Positions 12,307-23,812 of a stretch of 64,000 nucleotides of DNA are shown here, one piece after another. The notes beneath the pieces were generated by a model. It worked only from the letters and a program-made list of their open reading frames with translations, ran no database searches and had not been told where the DNA came from. Origin of the DNA: Vezdaea acicularis. Lineage: Eukaryota. Each line of letters opens with the position of its first letter. The first letter of the stretch is position 1. The DNA is taken from assembly GCA_026025075.1 (NCBI GenBank), contig JAPEUI010000046.1, positions 1-64,000 on the forward strand, written 5' to 3'. Made by a program: the position numbers and the translations under genes.

Positions 12307-15300
12307 TCAGATCTGCATCTTGGCCATCCTTTTGGACATGCTGGAAGGACAGTGTCAGTTCATGTGCGCGATGCAAGAATGAGGTTAGGGGGGAGGGAGA
12401 CAAAACTTACAAGTCGAAGAATGCGAATTGGCTCGGGCTGCTGCCGTGCTCGTAGACGAAGCGACTGGCGAGATAGCTACCGAAGATAGCACGGAGGTAG
12501 TTGTCAGGCACACGTTCCATGATGAGGTCCAGCCCGATCTTGTCCAAGAGCAGGGCCGGGAGAGCGTCCCGAAGGACCGACTTGCGAAGGCTGATATTGT
12601 GCCACAGCTCCGTGTTCTGCAATTCCTCGTCGAGCTTGGTGATGGCCACGCTCAAGGTGTCGCTGAGGGTGCTTCGGGGAAGACCGGTGCGCTGATGCTC
12701 ACGCCAGATGGCTTCGAACTCGAGAGCGGCGTTCTCCTTGATCGTCGCCTGGACTTCCTTGACATAGGCAGCGTAGAACTCGGGCACAGTACCATCGGCG
12801 TGGACACACATGTTCTCGATGAAAGTCTGGTCATCGAACGAGAGCGATGCGAGGACTTCTAGGGAAGACGAGGTCACGCCACCTTTGTTCGCAGACGCAT
12901 CCTTGAACAAGATCGCACCGGCCTTCTCAAGGCGGAGCTTGGCATCTTGAGTGATGAAGAGGTTGGCGCCCTCGACGATGTATGGAATCGTGGTCTTGCC
13001 GTCGCAGATCAATTTGTTGACCGTGCTGAGATTGATAGCCTCAGGCCGTCCGCCGCAAGGGACGAAGACATCGAACTTCTGCTGGTTGCGAAGATGGAAC
13101 GTGTTGCGGAAGTTCATGCCATTATTGACAAGCTCTCCGGATGGAAGTCGAACGTCCGATTCCTCAATGAGAACCCTGTAACCTTCTGACGAAAGCTTTG
13201 ACAAGTCGAACTCTGAGATCATGACACGTTTCTTGGCCAGACGGACGAGCTCCTGGTGGTCAAGACCGTTGGGATCGACTAGCACCCCTGACCCATCGAC
13301 AATGGATGTATACTTCTCGTTGCTGAGCAGGATCTCGTTGGATCCGAGATCACCGTCGGGGCCACCAGTCTGCAATTTGCGGATATTTGCGGGATTAAGA
13401 TTAAGTTTCCGATAGATTCCAAGCACGAACTCGCGAACCGACAAGGTAGTCATGCCATATGCGTCGTGAGGGATTCCACCGAGCTTCGGGCTCTTTCCAG
13501 TGAAGAATGACTTCCACCAGGGTGCACCCCGTACTCGAGCGTGCTCGGTTGCCCAGTCGACCAGGTCGGCGGTGTTCTCATCCGGACCCATGAACAGAAT
13601 CTCTTGTTGGCCGTGCAGATCGACGATCGGATCCTTGATTCCTGGGCTGGTCGGTGGGAGCAGCAAGTCCATGATGCTGTCAATGTACTTCTCGAAAGCC
13701 ACTCGGGCCTTGTCCTGATGCTGAACGTCGAGTAAAATGACGCCCTTGGATCCACCCTCGGGGATGTCCTTGTTCTTCCGCTGCTGCGTATTTGCGAGGT
13801 TGTAGTTCTCATCGAACAGGGATCGAGCATTGATAGAGTAAGCCTCGCGGTTGCGTGACCTGACGATGCGAATACCACCACGAGCGATATCTCGGAAACG
13901 GAGATGGAAGCCTCGGAACTCGGAGCTGATAACCAAGAACATTCCATACAGAGGTTGAGGATATTCTGCCTCCGGGAGGAAGGAAGGCTTGAGACGGAAG
14001 CTGAGGGCAACCTTGGTAGGAGTGTAGAAGTTGGTTTTCCTTTATCGATCATTAGCAAGCCTACAGTGAAGCGGGAAGTAATTTGGGAAAAAAACTCACA
14101 GAACGCTGGCATTGAAGATGCGGAAGGCCGTCATGACCATCTCGTGATGCTCGTTCGCGACCGTCTTGGAGATCAGAGCGTTCAAGTCGTTGTCATCAAG
14201 GACCTTGTCCACCTGCAGACGAAGGTAGCTGAGAGTTGGAATGAAATCATCCTCGTCTCCGCGGGTCTGTACGTAATGTGCATTGGCAAAGGAGAGGTAG
14301 AGCGACCGTACTAGGTCCGGGTATTGCGTAATGATCTCGAGGATGTAATCTGCCGTAAAAGTCTCCGTGCGAAGACGACGCTTGATCTGAGAGAGTATCT
14401 CTGCATGCACGCTATTTTCCGGGTCCAAAAGGGAGGACAGCGAGGTATATTCCGATCCTAGACCGTCAGCACATCGCCTGCCTCACCTTTGGGAGCGACG
14501 AGACTTACCCAAACGATTCAAGAAATGCCCGACGAAAACCCACACACAGTGAGCATAGATGGTCTCTTGCAAACTCAAACGACCGCTAATGAAATATGCT
14601 TGGAACTTGTTCTGGGGAATGCAGTACAGTAAGGAAACTTCCTTCATGATCTGGTGGATTGATGCCTCGATCGGCGGGTGCTTCACGTCTTCGGTCGCGA
14701 GTGGACGGAGGTATATAGACATCACAGTCACTCCATTGGAGAATTGCTCTATTGCCGTGCGTTAGCTACGGTCAATGGGCATACATCTCTGGTGAAACAC
14801 TTACCAACGTATTTTCTGGAACTGGTAACTCCATAGTAATGGTACAGATCGCTCAAGGCGCTGAACATGCCCATGGCACTGCCCTGACGATAGGCTACGA
14901 TCAACCTCTTCTCTCTGGAGCCTTCGATGCCAAACATCTCGATGACAGGCCCGGCTCGGCTGACGGTATTCTGGATGATCTCCTGGTAAATCTCCTTGGT
15001 GTTCGCCGTGGCCTTCTGGAGGAAGGTCTTGTCACCGACCTGCTCCAATCTCGTCTCCTCGGGGCCTGGGTTTGGGTTGGCGAATTTGCATTTGTACACG
15101 AAGTAGCAGCGAAGCTGTTGCTCCTTGTCGCCTGGTAGCACGCCGGCCGAGCGGAAAGTCTCGACTCGGTAGCTCTCGCTGCCTTTCGAGCCATTCAAGT
15201 ATTTCTCGTCGATCCTCTGCTCGTAGCGTGGCCCGTCGAGAACGCTGATTCCCGGTTTGCTGGTATCGATGTAGACGGCGTGGTCCGCCGCTTCCTTGTC

Positions 15301-16379
15301 CAAGCGGATCTCCAAACGCTTGTCGTCTCGAGCATAGGCTGCGATCTTGGCAGCATAGAGGGAGTGGACATGGTTGGAGATGGCTTCTGGGTGCTCAGTC
15401 TCAAAGTACATGTCATCAATGCCCAGGTCGTTGTAGAACCATTTCGTCTCATTCTCCACAAATTCTTGTGGAATGAAGCCTTTCTCTTCGATTTGATCCA
15501 TTACTGCACCACGTTAGCATCATCGGACGTCCATTTTACAACTTCCCACCCAATTGGGTTCGAAAATGCTTCAGAAGGGTTGAACTGACCTTGCTCCATC
15601 TGCTCCTCCTTCCCTTCGAACTTGGGAGCCACATAGCCGTCGCTCTCATCGTGCAGAACGCGGTGGAGGTTCGAGGGACCGGGCCCGGGCACGTTGAGGT
15701 GGGTGGGCTGGGGAGAGGGTTTGCGGTCCGGCGTCCGAATGTTCTGCTCCATGGCTTTGTTGTGCATTCCTGCGACGAATTTCGAGGTGGAGTCGGGGGT
15801 GGTGACGGTGGTGCTGCTGGTGGGGGTGGTGGAACGCGAGCTGTTCTGATCCTGAGCCAGATCGTTGGTTCTCAGCGGCAGGCCATTGGGATGATGCACG
15901 GAGTTCGCAGCGTGCGGGCGATGGGGCGTGATTCCATTATAAATGGTGGCGGAGGGAGTGGAGCTGGTGACGACGGGAATGGGGATGGCGGCATTGGAAC
16001 GTGCGTGGGCCGTGAGGCCATTTAGGGCTGATGTCACGCTCTCGGGGTGAAAGCCCTTCTGGACCACGGGTCCTGCTCGCTCGGCCGCGGCTGGCAACCC
16101 CGGCGCGGCGCCCAAGCCGCCGTTGAGCATCGCCAGCTTAGCGGGCCCCACCTGCATCTTCTCGCCAAGCCGGGTCAGCCCAATCGCCTCGCCGCCGTTG
16201 AAGCTGTTCATCGCCATGCCGTTGGACTGCGTCGGCGTCTGGACACTGGGAGAATGGGTTCCGTTGACGCTGTTTCCGTTCATGCTGACGCTGCCGTTGG
16301 CCACCGTCGGCGGCGTGGCCGCCGTTTCGCCGTTCATCCTCGCCTTCGAGGGAGCGACGAACGACGCACGCGAGTCCAT
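12307..16379 (-). CDS. GDH2: NAD-specific glutamate dehydrogenase (large fungal type, 5 introns)
   Basis: RKPSPQPTH, GYVAPKFEGKEEQM, GFHLRFRDIARGGIRIV, KNKDIPEGGSKGV, MGPDENTA, TGGPDGDLGSNE, EGANLF, ANKGGVTSSSLEV; last exon MSKRMAKMQI-stop at 12307. Start codon uncertain. Confidence 0.96.
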
Positions 16380-16469
16380 CTACTCGATCCGATTGGACGC
16401 AGATCGCGGGGGTGATGGGCGGAATGACGGATGATGCCCGCAAGGACGAGGTCGTTGGGATGTACGGGG

Positions 16470-16498
<29 letters not shown>
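16470..16498 (+). repeat. (TGC)9 microsatellite, (CAG)n on the GDH2 sense strand, about 90 bp upstream of the ATG
   Basis: Direct reading. Confidence 0.95.
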
Positions 16499-16500
<2 letters not shown>

Positions 16501-18038
16501 AAATTCTAAAGCTTGAGAGAAGAGGAGGTCAGCCCCGTCTTTTACTATTTATCTCGATGAGCGTCGGCGCAGTCAGCCATGGGGCCCTGGCGTCGTGCTG
16601 GCCGTTTCTCCCTCGCCCGTCCGCCGATGAAAGGATTCGCATTCCTGCGTCGTCCCTTGCATGACCCGACACATGTCACGGCGGCCGGCAGGAGACATCG
16701 ACGACGATCACCGCGCTCGACCGCCATCATCATTTGCCCCCAGGAGCATTGCGCCCCCCTCTCTCTTCCCCCCGAGGCAAGTGCAGCACACGACGGGGGC
16801 AAGAAGGGAAAACCGGCTTAGTCACGTACCTGGTCTCTGACTCGTTAGCGCGCCAAGGTCTCGCTCTCGCCCTTTCCCCGGATCGACGAGAACTCGCCCG
16901 CGACAGTATCCGCAGCCGTCGGGAGCGTCACGGTCAAGGGGGGTGGGCGCGGGGTGCGAGGTGTGGTGACTGACCGTTCCGGCGCTGGATGAGAGGACTA
17001 CTTAATCGCAAGGCGTCAACGAAGGTGGCATCTAGACGGGGGAAGTTCTTGAGCAGATACTCGGTACTTATGGCTCACGCGTGAGGATGATGCTTCCGTT
17101 CCGTTTCATGGGGCTGCAGAATTTTACGGCGGGCGAGGGAGGAGAGATCTCGCCTTTCCCTTGCCCGCATTGCCATCGCGTTCGCACTACTTCCGAAAAA
17201 GACGCAGCGCGGACATTTGCAAAGAAACTACGAATGGCGGACAACCCCTTGTTCCAACCCCCGGTGCCGCTCTGCATCGCCGAGGAGCCTGCCGGCTCGA
17301 GGGACGATTGGCGAATGCAGCCTGAGAGACTGCTCGACAGCCCGATAGACGGCATCTCGGCGAAGCGCAAACCTAGCTTCTGAAAAAAAAATGCTTGCTG
17401 ATCCTTTCTTGTCGGTGCGTGTTTCACATGCGTGCACGGCTTCGAGGAGAGGTACCGTGAAAGGTCTGCGTGGGCCGACTATCAACTCCCAGCCTCCTCG
17501 AGTGCGGTGGATTTGCTCCTTGCACGTTGCTAAAATCGTGGTCGATGGAATGGTGGATGTCCTGAGCCTGTTTAGCCTCCCGACCTCCCGTCCTGCTACC
17601 CGCCCCCGCATTCTCCGTCGCCCGTTTCAGCGCGCTATTACTCACACGCGACACCCCGGATATTCAGAGGGTCATGCATGCGCCTGCCATCCTACCAATG
17701 ACTAAATGCCGCGTGCGCAGTCGCTCCACACATAGCCAGGCTGGCATCCTGGTAGAAAACGTGGATTTTGGTGCTGCGCACAGACCACCCTGATCCCTGT
17801 GCCGACATCCTTCCTCTTCTAGAAATATCGCAGCCATTCCTCGCTCTGAATTTCCCGTCCCAACGAGATGCCTGCTGGCATACCCGGGATGCAATTGCTA
17901 CGCGTCCGACAACGTGCTCGGCTGGGCCTGGGGTCCTACCCAGGACGAGTATGCAGATGTGGACGCCGCAGTCTGGATGCAACGTAACCTGTCACTTGGT
18001 CTCCGGGGCTTCCCCGAACCATGCGAAGTGTCATAATA

Positions 18039-20008
18039 TCACGGCCCGTAGCCGTCCCAACCGACCGACTCCAGCCGATCGACCTTCTTGAGAACGCCTT
18101 CCTCCATTTCCTGAGCGTATCGTTCGACCTTCTGCCGGATGCGAGGATCAGACGCTCCGAGTACTCGCGCTGCTAAAAGCGCCGCATTCTCGGAATTGTT
18201 GATGGCCACCGTGGCTACAGGTATCCCTCGCTGCGAGAACGTTAGCTCGGTGCCTAGGCGTGGAACCCCTCCCCCCCGCAAGATTCCTTGGGGGCAAGGT
18301 GCCATATATGGTCATAGAATGAGACCTACCGGCATCTGCACAATGCTAAGTAGGCTATCTAGCCCATCGAGCCTACTTCCTTTAACGGGTACTCCGATCA
18401 CCGGAAGGGGCGTGTAGGCCGCAATCATGCCGGGCAGATGAGCTGCTCCCCCAGCCCCCGCAATGATTACCTTGATCCCTTTGGTTGCGGCGTTTTGTGC
18501 AAATGCGGCCATTCGACCTGGTGTCCGATGCGCGGAGGTTATTGTAACCTCGAAAGGTATACCGAGATCTCGTAGTAAGGCAAGCCCAGGCTTCATCACG
18601 GGCAGGTCCGAGTCGGAACCCATCGTGATGGCAACCACGGCTGGAGCGTGAGATATCTCTTCTGCAGGTTCCTTCGAAACGTGTGATTGCGGGGGTGGCC
18701 CTTGCCCCACACGGCCCTGTCCTGTTGGCTGAACCCCTTCCACTCGCGCCTGATCCACGAGGTCTATCAGTGGGCGAATACTAGCTTCGGCTTCTTTCAT
18801 AGACCCAGCAATGACTGTGACGTGTCCCATCTTACGTCCAGGGCGAGCGTTGCCCTTGCCATACAGGTGGAGATGCGCGCCCGGAATCGACATTGCTTCC
18901 CGGGAAACTCGGCGGTGAGAGTCCGTACGTGCACCGCCAAGTATGTTGAGCATGATGGCGTTTGTATCCAACGTAGCCAGAGTCGTGCCTGATGATGCAT
19001 GGGAGAGGGGATTCTTTGATGCGAGTGGAAACGGCAGTCCTAGGATAGACCGTAAATGCGCATCATATTGCGATACAGAGCATGCTTCAATGGTGTAATG
19101 ACCAGAGTTGTGAGGCCGAGGAGCAACTTCGTTGACAAGTAGATTACCTGGGATTCAAATCAGAGCATTTCAGCAGTAGCGTATAGGAGGTTCTTACCGT
19201 CAGCCAGTAGAAACATCTCAACTCCAAAGATTCCCTTCCCCATGAAAGCGCTTGCTGTACGCCGGGCAAGCGTTTGGGCTTGGTCTTGTAAGGACACACT
19301 CAGATTTCGAGCCGGCGCATAGACGAGCTTGCATATGCTATCCTCATGAATGGTCTCTACAACCGGGTACGCCAGAGTATTCTTAATGCAAGTAGCTTCA
19401 TCGTCTGAGCTTTCGTCGGCGATCTTCACAACCATGACTGCCAGCTCCATATGAAAATTGGCCCACCGCTCTCCATAGAGAGGTCGAGACGCGAGCGCAG
19501 CGAGTGCAGCTGGTATGTCCGCCTTTGACCGTACCGGGAAGTTTCCTCGGCCATCATATGCTAGCGTTCGAGACTTCAACATAAAGGGGTAGCCAAGCTT
19601 GTCGCCTGCTCCTTCTAAGTCCGTCGCGGTGTTCTCCTTGATAGGTATCGACTGTACCGTAGATACTCCATGACTTGAAAGTCTCTTTTTCTGATTATAT
19701 TTATCCTGAATGGTCCGAAGTGTCTGCCAATGTGGCTGGACTTCAACTCCAGACTCTGCAATCTCTTCAAGGACATGGGTGTCAACATGTTCAATTTCCA
19801 CCGTGAGAATATCACATTGCTTAGCCAGCTCGCGAACTTTCTCAGGATCGGCAAATGACCCGTTGACGTGAAGCCGTGCATTGATTTGCTTCGCTGGAGA
19901 GTTTTCGGCGTCCAGCACGATAACTTTAATTTCATGACGATTGGCGGCTTCAACAAGCATCCGACCCAGCTGGCCTCCACCAAGGATGCCCACCGTACGT
20001 TGATCCAT
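18039..20008 (-). CDS. ADE2: Phosphoribosylaminoimidazole carboxylase (PurK-PurE fusion, 2 introns)
   Basis: [100 protein letters not shown]. Confidence 0.97.
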
Positions 20009-21233
20009 GGAGAGAGTGTTCTGGAACGATTTTGAGATATAAAATGAATTACGAGACAAAGTCTGAATAAATTCTCAATTCAGATCGTCGCTTTGTTTCA
20101 ACACTTGGAGTATCCACGATCGAGTGTATTTTTTACACTAAGCAAAGAAAATTACCCGTGCGGAGAATCGTGACCCCCGATGGCCTCAACCAAACCAGTG
20201 GCACGTGATGTATGAAGGCATGGACTTCAAGAGAGAGCTTTCCCAGTCTTGACCTAGTGATCGATGGAGGAAGTCGCACCGCTCTTCGTGCAATCTGGGT
20301 TGAAACGCTTCACGTCTGTAGGCCTTGGCGCAGTGACCTTGCGTTTCGGAAGAACCTGAAACTCGCAACCGCCAGCCAATCAATCCATCGCTAAAGGCAA
20401 AGCGCTTAAACACTCTACACGTTCTCCACGGCGATGATGCTCACGCGGAAGGAATTAGCATTATACGTTCTCATGGGAATACAGGACAGTCCCAGTCTTC
20501 GCGTTGGTCTGAAATTTACTCTCATCTCAATGGACGATAATTTCGTTTGTTGAAGGCGACCAAGGCATGGTCATTGGCATTAGCTTCCGCCAGGATACTA
20601 AAATTACACCAATGTCGCCTATGTTTACAAGCCAACTCGGGAGGCGCTTGGATTTGACGCTCCAATCTCTTTGTTTCATTGGATCCAATTCACAAAGAGA
20701 CCCTTGTTTCAGCAACCCCACAGATCCGTGGCGGACAGACGCTTATCTGGTAGCGGCCCTGAAAGAGAGGCACCGCTCGACCCGTGATTCCTACTGGCTT
20801 TCGCAACCCTTCCTCCAGGGCCTACGGACAAAAGCGAGACTGAAGGCCTACCGTTAGCAAGCGCTACACACTTGGAGGGCTTGGTGGGGTCAAACGCATA
20901 GGAATAACTGCTGTTATGAGGGAGCGGCTCCACTGCACGTTCCGGGCGTTTACGATCACGCGTGTGCATGATCTCTTTGACCACTTGGTCGCCCTTATCA
21001 TATATGAGGATGAGACAGCCTCGACTCCTCTGTTCTTCCATCACTTAATCTATTCAACACATGCGAGATTGCGTGGTGTCCGCGCTTTCATCTCCTTTCG
21101 TCTTTTCTTCTCTTCTGTTCTAATCCAGAGGCTGGCCCTCTTTCCTTTGCGCATTCTCCTTCACTTCTCTCCAACTGCTTAAATTTCATTCTCGCGTACC
21201 GTTGACCGGTTCGCCACGACAATTCACACCAAA

Positions 21234-22220
21234 ATGGCACCTACAATGATTCCTTCTAGGCCTTCCAAGTTTTCCCTACTCGGAACCCCGTCGGACTCCG
21301 TCTTACCCACGCTTCTGCTCACCCCGCCAGCGTCTGCACCTGGCTCCCCATCTCGATCTCCGAAGCTCGATAGCCACGCCCTCGAATCCGCAAAGCCTAT
21401 GGTTGCGCCTCCCCCTCGACCACTTCCTTGGCTCTGGACATGCCATCAGTGCGGTTCATCATATCCTCTCGCAGCTACACGCCGCTGTCTGCAGGACGGA
21501 CACACTTTCTGCTCTGGTAGCACATATGACCGCGTCACTGGGAGAACGAAACGGCACAAAGCTTGCAATAGCGAATTTGACTATGTAGGCTGGAACCAGT
21601 GGGCAGAATGGCGTGCCGAGAACGTCTCGTCTCCAATCTCTGTCCAAAGCCACGTTCATTCTAAAAAGAACTGTTGGAAGGAGTGCGATTACCCCAGTGA
21701 ATGCCGTTGGGGTGCACGTTCCAGCATAGAAAAGCCGGCGAGGAAGGAAAGGAGCTTGGAGGAGATTGTCCCTGAAGTTCCGGACATCGAGCCATTTGAT
21801 TACACGGCTCAGAGCGCAGTCGTTGAGCACGTAGTCAAGACCGTTCAAGTGACATCTACAGCCCCACCTCGGCTCTCTACAATCAATGAGGACCGCTCCA
21901 GCGAACCTATACGGGTGGAGTCACCAACTTCGCCGCTCTCGCCGCTGAAGCAACATTACACGCTGCCAACCGCTGTTTTACAGGTGCCTTCAGAACCAAG
22001 CGAGGCGAGCGATGAGCCCATGGGGCTTTTCCATCTGGCCGATGAGAGTGATTTGCCGGGTATGAAGTCGCTAGAGACACGAAGCGGAACTTGGCCTGCG
22101 ACAGGAATGCAACAACCAGATTGGATGGATTGGGACAACGAGAGTAACAGCAGCGAGGAAGATCTAAGCGTCGAGGAGGTCTCGAGTCCCCGATGGCAAG
22201 ATATGGAGGCGCAAGACTAA
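21234..22220 (+). CDS. Hypothetical protein with Cys/His/Trp-rich putative zinc-binding domain
   Basis: 328-aa ORF with good start context (caaaATGg) after a CT-rich leader; WTCHQC..RRCLQDGHTFC..CNSEFDYVGW..NCWKECDYPSECRW. Confidence 0.75.
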   Translation: MAPTMIPSRPSKFSLLGTPSDSVLPTLLLTPPASAPGSPSRSPKLDSHALESAKPMVAPPPRPLPWLWTCHQCGSSYPLAATRRCLQDGHTFCSGSTYDRVTGRTKRHKACNSEFDYVGWNQWAEWRAENVSSPISVQSHVHSKKNCWKECDYPSECRWGARSSIEKPARKERSLEEIVPEVPDIEPFDYTAQSAVVEHVVKTVQVTSTAPPRLSTINEDRSSEPIRVESPTSPLSPLKQHYTLPTAVLQVPSEPSEASDEPMGLFHLADESDLPGMKSLETRSGTWPATGMQQPDWMDWDNESNSSEEDLSVEEVSSPRWQDMEAQD

Positions 22221-22732
22221 TATACACCCTCAATGGTAGGGAACGGCTTCTGGGTAGTGCTTTACTTCAACGGCGTTCCATCAGAGTGTATCAATACGTA
22301 CCAATATATTTAATGTCTTTCCATCATCACCGTGAAGTTAGAACAAGCTCTCTGAGTAAGCTAGTATGAGATTTGGCATCTAAGGGCTTATGCGATAGTC
22401 AACCTTCGTGCTCCGTGCGAATCTACAAAACACGTGCCGTCCCTCTGGCTCGATACACATCATCGGCGATCTTAGGCAAATTCACACCTTGCTCACTGCG
22501 GCCGGGCGTGTTTGTAATTCCCGCACAAGAGCGTAGCCAGAGATTTGAAGGGCGTTAGACAGAATACCTTGAGATGAATAACCATTACAAAGATGCATCA
22601 TGGCACTTGATAAATTGAAGTGGTCCAATCCAATTGTTTCATGTATGAACAGTAATTTCCTGTAATGGTGGCCTCTCATCGCTTGTGTGTTAGGAATCGT
22701 CCACCACCACTGCTTGAGCTCCACTCAAAATT

Positions 22733-22740
22733 TGTATATA
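22733..22740 (+). promoter_or_regulatory. TATA-like element upstream of the 5S gene
   Basis: TGTATATA ending about 25 nt before the 5S start, the position known for Neurospora dispersed 5S genes. Confidence 0.6.
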
Positions 22741-22764
22741 TCCAGCTTTGGACGCTCAACCACT

Positions 22765-22885
22765 ACATACGACCATAGATTGAGGAAAACTGGGCATCCC
22801 GTCCGCTCTGCCTTACATAAGCCTCAAATCTGCACGTTAGTAGGTTCGTCGGTGACGAGAACTGAATACGCTTGCTATTGTATGT
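22765..22885 (+). rRNA. Dispersed 5S rRNA gene (variant, possibly a pseudogene)
   Basis: ACATACGACCATAG...GAAAACTGGGCATCCCGTCCGCTCTGCC...TAAGCC...GTTAGTA...GGTGAC...GAAT...TTGTATGT followed by a T run; matches the Pezizomycotina 5S pattern. Confidence 0.93.
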
Positions 22886-23046
22886 TTTCGGTGCTTTTTT
22901 GTAGCTGCCTGCCTGACCGAAATTACTTTCGTCTAGAAAATCAATTTCGACCCCGCCATTTTGCCCCTCCTTCTGTAAACAAATACCATAACGCCCAGCT
23001 TCACATCTTCAATCACTCTGTTACGACTGCATCTGTTGCGTCGAAA

Positions 23047-23554
23047 ATGCCCCCTTCGTCCCCCTTAACAATTGCGACGAGGTCTCTCGTCCGCCTCACG
23101 AGGGAAGAGCGTTCCTATCACAAGGAGATGGCGGAGCAACAAGCGGCAATATCCAGAATCCCCGAGGATGAGAACGCACAGTTTACAGAGCGGCAGCAGG
23201 TATACTTCCGCATTCCCTCTTAACTCTGCCCTTTTCCCCCGAAGAAAGCCCTTAGAGTGTTGTTCTAAACTGACGGATTCCAGCGCCAAGCCATCCAAGA
23301 AACGATCGTCGTGATCGCCAAGGTGAAGGACCAGATTAGGGACGCGGCGCAGAAGGTCGAGGATCAGCTCGTGAGTGTCAACCTCAAACCTCTCACGGGG
23401 AGCCGCTCAGAAATTATGGTGCGGGTATCTTTGGATAGGTGCTGATTGGTAACAGAAAGGAGAGGTTGATCCTGAGGAGGCGGAGAGGGCGCGAGAGGCC
23501 CTGGAGGACGCACAGGGGGCGATTAGTGATGCAGAGATCACGAACGGGGCTTAA
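23047..23554 (+). CDS. RBL2: Tubulin-binding cofactor A (2 introns)
   Basis: MPPSSPLTIATRSLVRLTREERSYHKEM...DENAQFTERQQ|RQAIQET...KVEDQL|KGEVDPEEAERAREAL; introns about 23200-23283 and 23371-23455. Confidence 0.88.
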
Positions 23555-23812
23555 GCTGGTTATGTTAGGGCTTACTTGGGCGGTTCTACATGAGGATACT
23601 TTGGCAGGTAGGGGCAAGGAGATGATCTTAGTATGTTTGAAACTATGAACAGAGATTATGTGCGTCAATGCTAATCTGGCTTGCAGGGCAGCGTCGTGTT
23701 ACAATAACTCAAACAAGTCGAATAAAAGAAAAAAGATTATGTTTCCAATTCGTAATTCATATCCAAACGAGTACAGCTCCAGAACACCGCGACCATCCTT
23801 AACGGTCCCAGC

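Noticed and set aside
12428..16434. Several plus-strand ORFs overlapping GDH2
   Set aside because: Antisense frames kept open by strong codon bias; no independent motifs.
20009..20059. TTG-initiated presequence-like extension of ADE2
   Set aside because: Only 17 codons with an in-frame stop just upstream; consistent with an ordinary pyrimidine-rich 5' UTR.
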